Positions 37,059-48,014 of a DNA stretch of 64,000 nt are shown in pieces. Numbering within the stretch: the stretch's first letter is position 1; each line of letters opens with the position of its first letter. Under the pieces are notes generated by a model, which saw only the letters and a list, made by a program, of their open reading frames with translations, searched no databases and was not told the origin of the DNA. The DNA comes from Dendrobates tinctorius (Eukaryota). Made by a program: the position numbers and the translations under genes. The stretch lies in contig NW_027361722.1 in NCBI RefSeq assembly GCF_039654945.1, positions 1,426,001 through 1,490,000 on the forward strand, given 5' to 3'.

Positions 37059-40000
37059 GAAGGGAGGTGGAAAAATCTTCTCCCTCCCTGACCAAGGTGC
37101 CTAAGGAAGGTCCCACTGACTCCCCCCTCTGATCCCCCTCTCCACCAGTTCCAAGTCCTTGACGCCCCTGCTGAGACGGTGGTCAGGGGTGAGGTTCCGG
37201 AGGTAATATTGGGAGGGTCTTTGGAAGGGGGCGGAGTCCCTTCTCCAGAGGCGTGTCTTCCTTGGGAGGTGGATTTTATCACCCAACTTGAGGCTGAAGT
37301 TTTGCTGTTGCAGGAGACCAGACTTACGGATATGGGGGCCATATGTAAGGCGGAGAGCAAGTGGAGGTGCGGGTCCTCATACTGGTCTCTTGCGGCCGAG
37401 CTGTGTAGCGGGGCGGCAGTCCTTTTTAAGACTGCATCGGTTGAATGCCGGAGAGTTATCTAGGTAGAAATGGGGAGGTGCCTGGTCTTAGACGTCTTCA
37501 TGAGGGGACAGGAGCTTCGGCTCATTAACATCTATGGTCCACAGTCAAAGTGGGACTGTAAATGTCCCTTCCTGAAGATTAAGCCCTATCTTTTTACGAG
37601 CCGGCAGGTGGTCTTTGGAGGTGACTTTAATACTGTCACAAGGCTTCGTGATAAGGGGAGGCTCCAATGACCGGCTGGCTTATGATAATACTACTCTTAA
37701 TAGCATAGCTAGTGACGCTCGCCTGGTGGATGTCCACATCCGGCACACCCCAGGTCACAGTGGTTTCACCTTTCATAGAGGTAGTTTCAGGTCTAGGATA
37801 GACAGGTTTTTTTTTTTGAAGGAGGAAGCCATCTCTTCAGCAGTGTCCGTTGTGGAGGTGGAGTACTCCGATCACTGTCTGATTTCTGTTTCAGAAACCA
37901 CTCGGATGGGAAAGGGACTATGGAAGCTGAATTTGTCCCTCTTGGAAGAAGCAGAGATAAGACAATCCTTTGAGGACATTCTTCAGAGCCAGGTACCGCT
38001 TTTGGATCTCTGTAGCGATAAGACAGAGTGGAGGGAGATGTTCAAGGAACGGGTTGAGAGTTTCTTCCGCCAGCTCTCGAGCCTCAGGAGCCTGAGCAGG
38101 TACCGCCTGTATCAGGAACTGAGGAGGAAACTTGAACAGCTCGTCTCGACTGGGGTGACCGTGAGGAAATCTCCAGAGGAAAGTCTTTACTTAAGAGGTG
38201 TCAGTACGATAGGCACACATCTTTGGTTTTTGAGAGGTATTTCGGGAGGTACCGCTCGCCCGACCCCTACAGAAACTGTAAGATGTCAGTGAGTTGTAAG
38301 GTGGTGACAGGTTTGGTCGACACTACGGGGTCCCTGAATAGATCCAAATCAGGGATCCTGGAGGTGACCAGATCTTTCTACTCACACCTTTTGGGGAAGA
38401 GGGATCTGGATCAGAACGCGATGTTGGCTTTCCTGGCCGAAGCCATCCCTGAGCCAGGGGGATGTCCTCTCGCTTCACGTTTTGACAGAGGCAATGAGGG
38501 AAGAGGAAGTGCGACTGGCCATTGATGGGATTCAGCCTAAGAAATCGCCAGGTCCGGATGGCTTATCATCCGAGTTTTATAAGACCTTCAGGGACTCCTT
38601 GGTCCCCCTCTTGACTGAGGTGTTTAACGAGTGTCTCTCCTCGGGCACTCTTTCCCGGTCAATGAGGCAGTCAGCCCTGATTATCCTGTCAAAGGGTAAG
38701 GACTCGTCCCGTATTGAGCATTGGCGTCCCATAGCGCTTCTCAATATGGACCGGAAGGTTCTAGCAAAGGTGCTGTTCAAACGGCTGAAGTTGGGACCCA
38801 GCATTGCTCTGTTCCAGGCCGCAGCACTTTTAGTGCTGTGCTCGATGTCCGGGAGGCAGTGGAGCAGGGTAGGACTGGTCACTGGAAGGGGTATTTGCTG
38901 TCTTTAGACCAGGCGAAGGCTTTTGAACAGGTGAATCAACTTCTGGTCCGTCCTTCTGAAGTACGGTCTGCCTGGGAGGGGGGGGGGTGGTTTGTGAATT
39001 GGCTAAAACATCTTGTATGTGGGGGCAGAGACCTTCCCGCTCGTGAATGGTTGGTCTGGCCTCCCTTTTGAGGTTGGGTCTGGGGTCCGCCAGGGCTGTC
39101 CGTTGAGCCCACTGTTATACGTGTTCGCGATAGATACCCTTTTAAGGAGGATTGAGCGCGGGCCGTTGGCGGGAGTCAGGATGGACCAGGCGGCCCCAGA
39201 AGCCACTCTGAGGGTGGTAGCGTATCCCTATGACGTCTCCCTTTTCGTGTCCTTGGGTGTGGAGGCGGAGTGGGTCATGTCTGAGGTTGGTCGCTACTCG
39301 GAGGCTTTTGGGTCCAGAATCAGGAAAAGTGTGAGAGTCTCTGGCTGGGAGGGGGAGACCCTAGTTTTGCTCTCCCGGACACCCTTCCAGAGACCCAGGC
39401 ATCGTCAAAAATTCTAGGCATCAAATTTGGACCGGGGGACTACCCCCAGCAAAATTGGGAGAGCAGACTTAAGATCGCCACCCAGAAGGTGGACCAATGG
39501 AAGGGTTGGTCTTTGACCCTGAGGGAAAGGGTTAGCCTGGTCAAGGGTTTTTTTGCTACCCTTGTTAATATACCTAGGCAGTGTCTGTATGTTGCCAGAG
39601 CCGCTCTTGACACGGGTCTACAACCTGTTTTCCCAGATGTTATGGGGAAATAGGCTAAACCTAGTCAAGCGAGAGGTCACATATCGCACAAGGAGACTAG
39701 GAGGGTTGGGTATGGTCAACCCAGTGGTTTTTCTAGTAAACACTTTTGTCAAGACTAACATCGCCAACCTCTGGTCAGAGAGGGCTCCTCCATGGGTATT
39801 CTCCTGCAGGGGAAGGCTTCGGCCCTTCTTCCAGGAATGGGACACAGGAGGGCAAGTGAAGGACCTATGCACAACGCATGGACATCTCCCGGCTTACGCT
39901 ACCCCGGTTCTGAAGGTAATCCGGTGGGGTCTGGGAATGTGGGAGATAAGGACCATGTCGAGGAGGGTCCTGCTGACCCATTTCTAGAAGCCTCTGGTGC

Positions 40001-41365
40001 TCAAATATTGCCCAAGTTGGGATCTGGAGGGCAGGCTGAGGTTATTGAATTCTACACGGGTCCCCTTGAAGTTTTGGGACTTGGCGCTGCTTCCATGGGA
40101 AACTGTATGTAAGGGACAACCTGAAGTGTTGGAACGCCGAAGATCGGGGTTGTCCCAGTGAGGAGTGTTGCGACACGCTGGAAAGCATGGAGCACTTCCT
40201 CCTTCAGTGTCCTTTTAATACAGGGGTCTACAACAGGGTGGGTGCTTCCATTGGCTGGCACACCTTTCCTATGCGCAGTGGGCGTATGGGGCATTCAGAT
40301 CCCTGGGTGGCCGAGATCGGGGCACTTTATTTCTAGTCAGTTTAGTCGTCAGGTTTTACATGTGGAATGCACGGTGCTTAATATAAATTCAGCAGAAAAT
40401 CCTCCCTAGGGACGAGGTTGTTAGGAGCATTCTGGGTGCCCTGGTGAAGGTGCGCTCTCTGGAGTATGACAGGCTGGGTGCAGCGAGGGCCTCTCTGCTC
40501 TGGAGAGGGTTCTCATTTAATGTACCCTAGGGCTTAGATAAGCAGGTAAGTGGGACAGGTAGATGTCTTCAGTAGGGACAGGTAGATAGGGGCAGGACAG
40601 GGACAGCCGAGGGACAGTTAGGCAGGCACGTGGTGAGTTAGGTAGGGCAGTAGGGGCAGGCAGGGAGAGACAGGGAAAGGTAGGTAGATAAATAGAGGCA
40701 GATGTCTAGACAGGTAGGGACGGCTGGTAGAGTAAGGATTGTTAGGATAGAAGCCGGTCATCTCCGGTTTCCTGGTGGCGGGCTGGCGGCTTTTCACTAT
40801 CAGATTTTTGTTTTGCAGAAGTGAAATACTATGCATGTGTCTTGTAATTTTATCTCTTGTATATGTTAAGAGACTACATTTCATTCTAAAAACTCCTGTG
40901 GTTCTCTGGCTCTCTAATATTTCACAGTGGAGTGGTTAAATGCACATATAGGGTGTGTGTATACCCGGTGTTAATGTTACGATGAATCTGGTATTGGTTG
41001 TACTAATTGGTGTGAAGTGTGTATGTGCACGTGTATTAAAAAAATGTTTCTTCTCTCCTCGGGTGAGGTAACCTGGGGAGGAGGAGATCTGGAGAAATCA
41101 AAAGTCAAAAGTGAAAAAACGAGTGAAGGACACAAAACAGCATAAGAGAGAAAGATGAAGGAGGAAGCTTCTCTGAGAGAGAAGACAGAGTTTGATTCTT
41201 GTTTGGTTTTTTTTTTGGGGGGGGGGGTTGCTTTGGCTGGGGGCAGTTATGCTGGACTCGGACTTTGCTTTGGACTGGGGGGTAATGTTGGACTCGGACG
41301 GTTGCTTTCGCTGGGGTTTTGATTTTTTGCTATTTATTGATTGTAAGCTTTGTATTCTTATAAAT

Positions 41366-42470
41366 GAGTTCACTACAGACAGATTTATACACCCATCACC
41401 TGGGGAAGCTCACTACATACACAACATATACAGATGGCACTAGGGGGAGCTCACTATATACAGATTTATACATCCACCACTAGAGGGAGCTCACTACATA
41501 CAGATTTATACAGCCACCACCAGAGGGAGCTCACTACATACAGATTTATACAGCCACCACCAGAGGGAGCTCACTACAGACAGATTTATACACCCATCAC
41601 CTGGGGAAGCTCACTACATACACAACATATACAGATGGCACTAGGGGGAGCTCACTACATACAGATTTATACATCCACCACTAGGGGGGACTCACTACAT
41701 ACAGATTTATACAGCCACCACCAGAGGGAGCTCACTACATGCAGATTTATACAGATGCCACTAGGGGGAACTCACTACATACAGATGCCACTAGGGGGAG
41801 CTCACTACATACAGCCGCCACTAGAGGGAGCTCACTACATACAGATTTATACAGCCACCACTAGAGGAAGCTCACTACATACAGATTTATACAGCCACCA
41901 CCAGAGGGAGCTCACTACAGACAGATTTATACACCCATCACCTGGGGAAGCTCACTACATACACAACATATACAGATGGCACTAGGGGGAGCTCACTACA
42001 TACAGATTTATACATCCACCACTAGAGGGAGCTCACTACATACAGATTTATACAGCCACCACCAGAGGGAGCTCACTACATACAGATTTATACAGCCACC
42101 ACCAGAGGGAGCTCACTACATACAGATTTATACAGCCACCACCAGAGGGAGCTCACTACAGACAGATTTATACACCCATCACCTGGGGAAGCTCACTACA
42201 TACACAACATATACAGATGGCACTAGGGGGAGCTCACTACATACAGATTTATACATCCACCACTAGAGGGAGCTCACTACATACAGATTTATACAGATGC
42301 CACTAGGGGGAACTCACTACATACAGATGCCACTAGGGGGAGCTCACTACATACAGCCGCCACTAGAGGGAGCTCACTACATACAGATTTATACAGCCGC
42401 CACTAGAGGGAGCTCACTACATACAGATTTATACAGCCGCCGCTAGGCGGAGATCACTACATACAGACTT
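41366..42470 (+). repeat. Array of the 40-bp CTCF-like satellite with variant units
   Basis: Same core unit, plus a recurring CACCCATCACCTGGGGAAGCTC..CACAACATATACAGATGGCAC variant. Confidence 0.95.
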
Positions 42471-43087
42471 ATGTACAATGAGAATGTCACATGCAGACAT
42501 GGCTGACCTGAGTTGCCACTGGAGGTTATTCTGCTACTTTGGCAGTGCCATCTATGCTTATCATTGCCCTACAAGTCACCATCCAGATGTCAGAGTCTGG
42601 GGCTGAAAAAATCCTGAACATCCACAGATGTTGGAAACAAAGTAAACAGGACACTGGGGGTGTTAGCATCAGGCGGCTGCTGTGAAAGCGTCATGTAATT
42701 GTAGGATTCACAGATGACGGAGTAATCACCAACATAAAGGAGTTAATGCCCATCTCTATGTGGGAACTTCTGGCAATAAAGGAGCAGGGATCCACTATTC
42801 ACAAGGCAATCGCCCTGGTTTATGGCCCCGTACATACGCGCTGCCACAGTCCAGTTCTGTAAGATTATAAGACATACGGTAGATAATCCTGTCCGGCAAA
42901 ACTTTACTAGTCCCGAGGTCCTGGACGGACCCTGCAGTCTCATTTTTTACTTGTATAACAATGGACCAGTGACATCAACCTGTTCATTACAAGAAGGCAG
43001 TGACGAGGCGCCACTGATGCGCTCACGTGGCTGATCCATGGGACGTGGATATCGTTTATGTCCCTATTGGTCCTTCGAGTCAGCTCC

Positions 43088-43147
43088 TCAGTCATAATGT
43101 AAACTCTTAAAGGAGCCAAACCGCTTCCGATCAGAGAATCCCGGCAT
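43088..43147 (-). CDS. RABL3: RABL3 coding exon 8 (last; 60 nt including stop)
   Basis: cag|MPGFSDRKRFGSFKSLHYD*; matches the RABL3 C-terminus ..KSLHYD. Confidence 0.95.
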   Translation of the reverse strand: MPGFSDRKRFGSFKSLHYD

Positions 43148-43664
43148 CTGAGGAAAAAGAAGAAAACAGATCAGAGGCCTGGAGGGGACGGGGTTAACAA
43201 GGACTGAGCAGGAAATCCACAAGTGACAAAAACCACCCCGATCAGCACGGGAACAATCCACAGGAATCTGCAGGGCCCAGCATCACACCAATAACGTGGC
43301 CCGTTTCACTACTAGATGGAGGATATATGGATGGTATCGGAGTGCGAGAAGATGCGGCAAAATCAACTGGAGTCTCTTAGAATCAGATACAGGGGAGATG
43401 AAAGTGTCTGGTCACACAGCGCAACATCAGGACACAGCTCCAAGGAGAAGACGTGAAGATCCCAGAAAATGGATGGAAACATCATCACAAGCTCCGGAGT
43501 CAGAGCCTCGTGCAGAAATCCCAGCACCTCCAGCCCTGGCAACGCTTTATATCACCACATCCGCAGATGGCATGGTCCTCACAGCACTGAGAGATCCTGC
43601 GTGGCCTGAACGTGCTCCCGTGGCTGCACTGTCCCTGGACTTGACTTCATCAGGCACATCGAGG

Positions 43665-43975
43665 GCGTCATTGGGGATTACACAGGTGCTGCCGGCAGCG
43701 GGGCGTCATTGGTCGGTGATTACACAGGTGCTGCCGGCAGCGGGGACGTCATTGGTCGGTGATTACACAGGTGCTGCCGGCAGAGCCTCCGGTCTTGTCT
43801 CCATCAGGCACAACGGGGACGTCATTGGTCGGTGATTACACAGGAGCTGCTGGCAGAGCCTCCGGTCTTGTCCCCATCGAGCACATCGGGGATGTCATTG
43901 GTCGGTGATTACACAGGAGCTGCCAGCAGTGGGGGCGTCATTGGTCGGTGATTACACAGGAGCTGCCGGCAGCAG
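43665..43975. repeat. Short tandem repeat GTCATTGGTCGGTGATTACACAGG(T/A)GCTGCCGGCAG
   Basis: About 6 copies with two spacer types. Confidence 0.85.
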
Positions 43976-44571
43976 ATACTGATGATTTGTACACTCAGCG
44001 GCAGAACTTTCCTCAGACAACCATTAATGATCTCAGTGACAGCAGACGAGGCCGGAGGTGCCGGGATTTCTGCTCGAGGCTCAGACTCCGGCCTGGAGAA
44101 TCAGGAGGTTGTGTCCATGTCTCCATTATCCCCATCAGTAACTTGTCTCCAGTTTTCCTTCCTGTTACACCTCGAGTACTGAGCACTGCGACGTGATATA
44201 AATACATGTATTTGATGACCTCTTATATACACTTCACCAGGGCGATAGCAGGGTCCCCCAGGGGCCACATTATAGCCGCACAGCAGCAGATTCCGGGAGG
44301 AGCAGAGATGGCAATGGATTGTGTCCGCGGTGATCAGCTTGCTCTCTGCCACATTTACAGATACATTACTATATCAGTCTTCAGTATTCTGGAATTTTCC
44401 TGATACAAATAACTAAAGCAAATTGTAAAAAAAAAAAAAAACCCTGAACAAAACATTTGCTGTAGATTCATCTCCAAATAATCTGCACATCCACAGAGTT
44501 TATATCAGAAGGCCCAAAACTCCCTGCTGGTTCAGGGTCTTCATGTGAAAGTGAGAATCTAGAGTCTCAAT

Positions 44572-46359
44572 AGAATAGTGAGTGCAGCTCTGGGGTATAA
44601 TACAGGATGTAACTGAGGATCAGTAATGTAATGTATGTACACAGTGACTGCACCAGCAGAATAGTGAGTGCAGCTCTGGAGTATTATACAGGATGTAACT
44701 CAGCATCAGTAATGTATGTACACAGTGACTGCACCAGCAGAATAGTGAGTGCAGCTCTGGAGTATAATACAGGATGTAACTCAGCATCAGTAATGTATGT
44801 ACACAGTGACTGCACCAGCAGAATAGTGAGTGCAGCTCTGGAGTATAATACAGGATGTAACTGAGGATCAGTAATGTAATGTATGTACACAGTGACTGCA
44901 CCAGCAGAATAGTGAGTGCAGCTCTGGAGTATTATACAGGATGTAACTGAGGATCAGTAATGTAATGTATATACACAGTGACTGCACCAGCAGAATAGTG
45001 AGTGCAGCTCTGGAGTATAATACAGGATGTAACTCAGCATCAGTAATGTATGTACACAGTGACTGCACCAGCAGAATAGTGAGTGCAGCTCTGGAGTATA
45101 GCACAGGATGTAACTCAGGATCAGTAATGTATGTACCCAGTGACTGCACCAGCAGAATAGTGAGTGCAGCTCTGGAGTATAATACAGGATGTAACTCAGG
45201 ATCAGTAATGTAATGTATGTACACAGTGACTGCACCAGCAGAATAGTGAGTGCAGCTCTGGAGTATAATACAGGATGTAACTGAGGATCAGTAATGTAAT
45301 GTATATACACAGTGACTGCACCAGCAGAATAGTGAGTGCAGCTCTGGAGTATAATACAGGATGTAACTCAGCATCAGTAATGTATGTACACAGTGACTGC
45401 ACCAGCAGAATAGTGAGTGCAGCTCTGGAGTATAATACAGGATGTAACTGAGGATCAGTAATGTAATGTATATACACAGTGACTGCACCAGCAGAATAGT
45501 GAGTGCAGCTCTGGAGTATAATACAGGATGTAACTCAGCATCAGTAATGTATGTACACAGCGACTGCACCAGCAGAATAGTGAGTGCAGCTCTGGAGTAT
45601 AATGCAGGATGTAACTCAGGATCAGTAATGTAATGTATGTACACAGTGACTGCACCAGCAGAATAGTGAGTGCAGCTCTGGAGTATAATACAGGATGTAA
45701 CTGAGGATCAGTAATGTAATGTATATACACAGTGACTGCACCAGCAGAATAGTGAGTGCAGCTCTGGAGTATAATACAGGATGTAACTCAGCATCAGTAA
45801 TGTATGTACACAGTGACTGCACCAGCAGAATAGTGAGTGCAGCTCTGGAGTATAATACAGGATGTAACTGAGGATCAGTAATGTAATGTATATACACAGT
45901 GACTGCACCAGCAGAATAGTGAGTGCAGCTCTGGAGTATAATACAGGATGTAACTCAGCATCAGTAATGTATGTACACAGCGACTGCACCAGCAGAATAG
46001 TGAGTGCAGCTCTGGAGTATAATACAGGATGTAACTCAGGATCAGTAATGTAATGTATGTACACAAATACAGGATGTAACTGAGGATCAGTAATGTAATG
46101 TATGTACACAGTGACTGCACCAGCAGAATAGTGAGTGCAACTCTGGGGTATAATACAGGAGGTAACTCAGGATCAGTAATGTAATGTATGTACACAGTGA
46201 CTGCACCAGCAGAATAGTGAGTGCAGCTCTGGAGTATAATACATTACTGATCCTGAGTTACATCCTGTATGTATACAGTGACTGTACCAGCAGAATAGTG
46301 AGTGCAACTCTGGCGTATAATACAGGAGGTAACTCAGGATCAGTAATGTAATGTATGTA
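44572..46359. repeat. 81/86-bp satellite (GAATAGTGAGTGCAGCTCTGGAGTATAATACAGGATGTAACTCAGGATCAGTAATG(TAATG)TATGTACACAGTGACTGCACCAGCA); resumes at 47974-48014
   Basis: Direct inspection; the array is split by a Tc1 and ends at Tx1 element 2. Confidence 0.96.
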
Positions 46360-47973
46360 CAGTTAGGTCCATATATATTTGGACACAGACAAAATTTTTC
46401 TAATTTTGGTTCAAGATATTACCACAATGAATTTTAAGCCAAACACTTCAGATACAGTTGAAGTTCAGACTTTCAGCTTTCATTTGAGGGTATCCACATT
46501 AAAATTGGATGAAGGGTTTAGGAGTTTCCGCTCCTTAACATGTGCCACCCTGTTTTTAAAAGGGACCAAAGGTAATTGGACAGATTAAATAATTGTAAAT
46601 AAAATGTTCATTTCTAGTACTTGGTTGACAACCCTTTGTTGGCAATGACTGCCTGAAGTCTTGGACTCATGGACATCACCAGACGCTGTGTTTCCTCCTT
46701 TTTGATGCTCTGCCAGGCCTTCACTGCGGTGGTTTTCAGTTGCTGTTTGTTTGTGGGCCTTTCTGTCTCAAGTTTAGTCTTTAACAAGTGAAATGCATGC
46801 TCAATTGGGTTGAGATCAGGTGACTGACTTGGCCATTCAAGAATATTCCACGTCTTTGCTTTAATAAACTCCTGGGTTGCTTTGGCTTTATGTTTTGGGT
46901 CATTGTCCATCTGTAGTATGAAACGACGACCAATCAGTTTGGCTGCATTTGGCTGGATCTGAGCACACAGTCTGGCTCTGAATAGCTCAGAATTCATTCA
47001 GCTGCTTCTGTCCTGTGTCACATCATCAATAAACACTAGTGACCCAGTGCCACTGGCAGCCATGCATGCCCAAGCCATCACACTGCCTCCACCGTGCTTT
47101 ACAGATGATGTGGTATGATTTGGATCATGAGCTGTACCACGCCTTCGCCATACTTTTCTCTTTCCATCATTCTGGTAGAGGTTGATCTTGGTTTCATCTC
47201 TCCATAGAATGTTCCTCCAGAACTGTGCTGGCTTTTTTTTTTTTTTTTAGATGTTTTATAGAAAAGTCCAGTCCAGCCTTTTGATTCTTGATGCTTATGA
47301 GTGGCTTGCACCGTGCAGTGAACCCTCTGCATTTACTTTCATGCAGTCTTCTCTTTATGGTAGATTTGGATATTGATGCGCCTACCTCCTGGAGAGTGTT
47401 GGTCACTTGGTTGGCTGTGCTGAAGGGGTTTCTCTTCACCATGGAGACTATTCTGCGATCATCCACCACTGTTGTCTTTCTTTCTTTCTCAGGATGTACC
47501 AAACTGTAGATTTTGCCCCTCCTAATGTTGTAGCAATTTCTCGGATGGGTTTTTCTGTTTTTGCGGCTTAAGGATGGCTTGTTTCACCTGCATGGAGAGC
47601 TCCTTTGACCGCATTTTTCCTTCACAGCAAAACCTTCCAAATGCCAGCACCACACCTCAAATCAACTCCAGGCCTTTTATCTGCTTAACTGAGAATGACA
47701 TAACGAAGGGATTGCCCACACCTGTCCATGAAATAGCCTTGGAGTCGATTGTCCAATTACTTTTGGTCCCATTAAAAACAGGGTGGCACATGTTAAGGAG
47801 CTGAAACTCCTAAACCCTTCATCCAATGTTAATGAGGAGACCCTCAAATGAAAGCTGAAAGTCTGAACTTCAACTGCATCTGAATAGTTTTGTTTAAAAT
47901 TCATTGTGGTAATGTCTAGAACCAAAATTAGAATAGTGTTGTCTTTGTCCAAATATATATGGACATAACTATG
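46360..47973 (-). mobile_element. Tc1-like DD34E transposon inserted at a TA within the satellite
   Basis: TA|CAGTTAGGTCCATATATATTTGGACA.. with ~215-bp TIRs; QMDNDPKH..WPSQSPDLNPIEH on the minus strand; frameshifted. Confidence 0.93.
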
Positions 47974-48014
47974 TACACAGTGACTGCACCAGCAGAATAG
48001 TGAGTGCAGCTCTG

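Larger units (their letters stand above)
30965..41365 (+). mobile_element. Tx1-clade non-LTR retrotransposon 1, near full length but degenerate, with a nested CR1
   Basis: ORF1 with RRNVVRL..DIFALIHP..FDISFVRPEGLELFW (ZCCHC3-like) and three CCHC knuckles (~36490-36640). ORF2 with LQETRL, GGDFN, SRID, SDH (APE endonuclease), KSPGPDG, WRPIALLN, GVRQGCPLSPLLY (RT). Many frameshifts. Confidence 0.9.

Noticed and set aside
44620-46195. Hydrophobic repetitive ORFs on the minus strand
   Set aside because: Translation of the 81/86-bp satellite.
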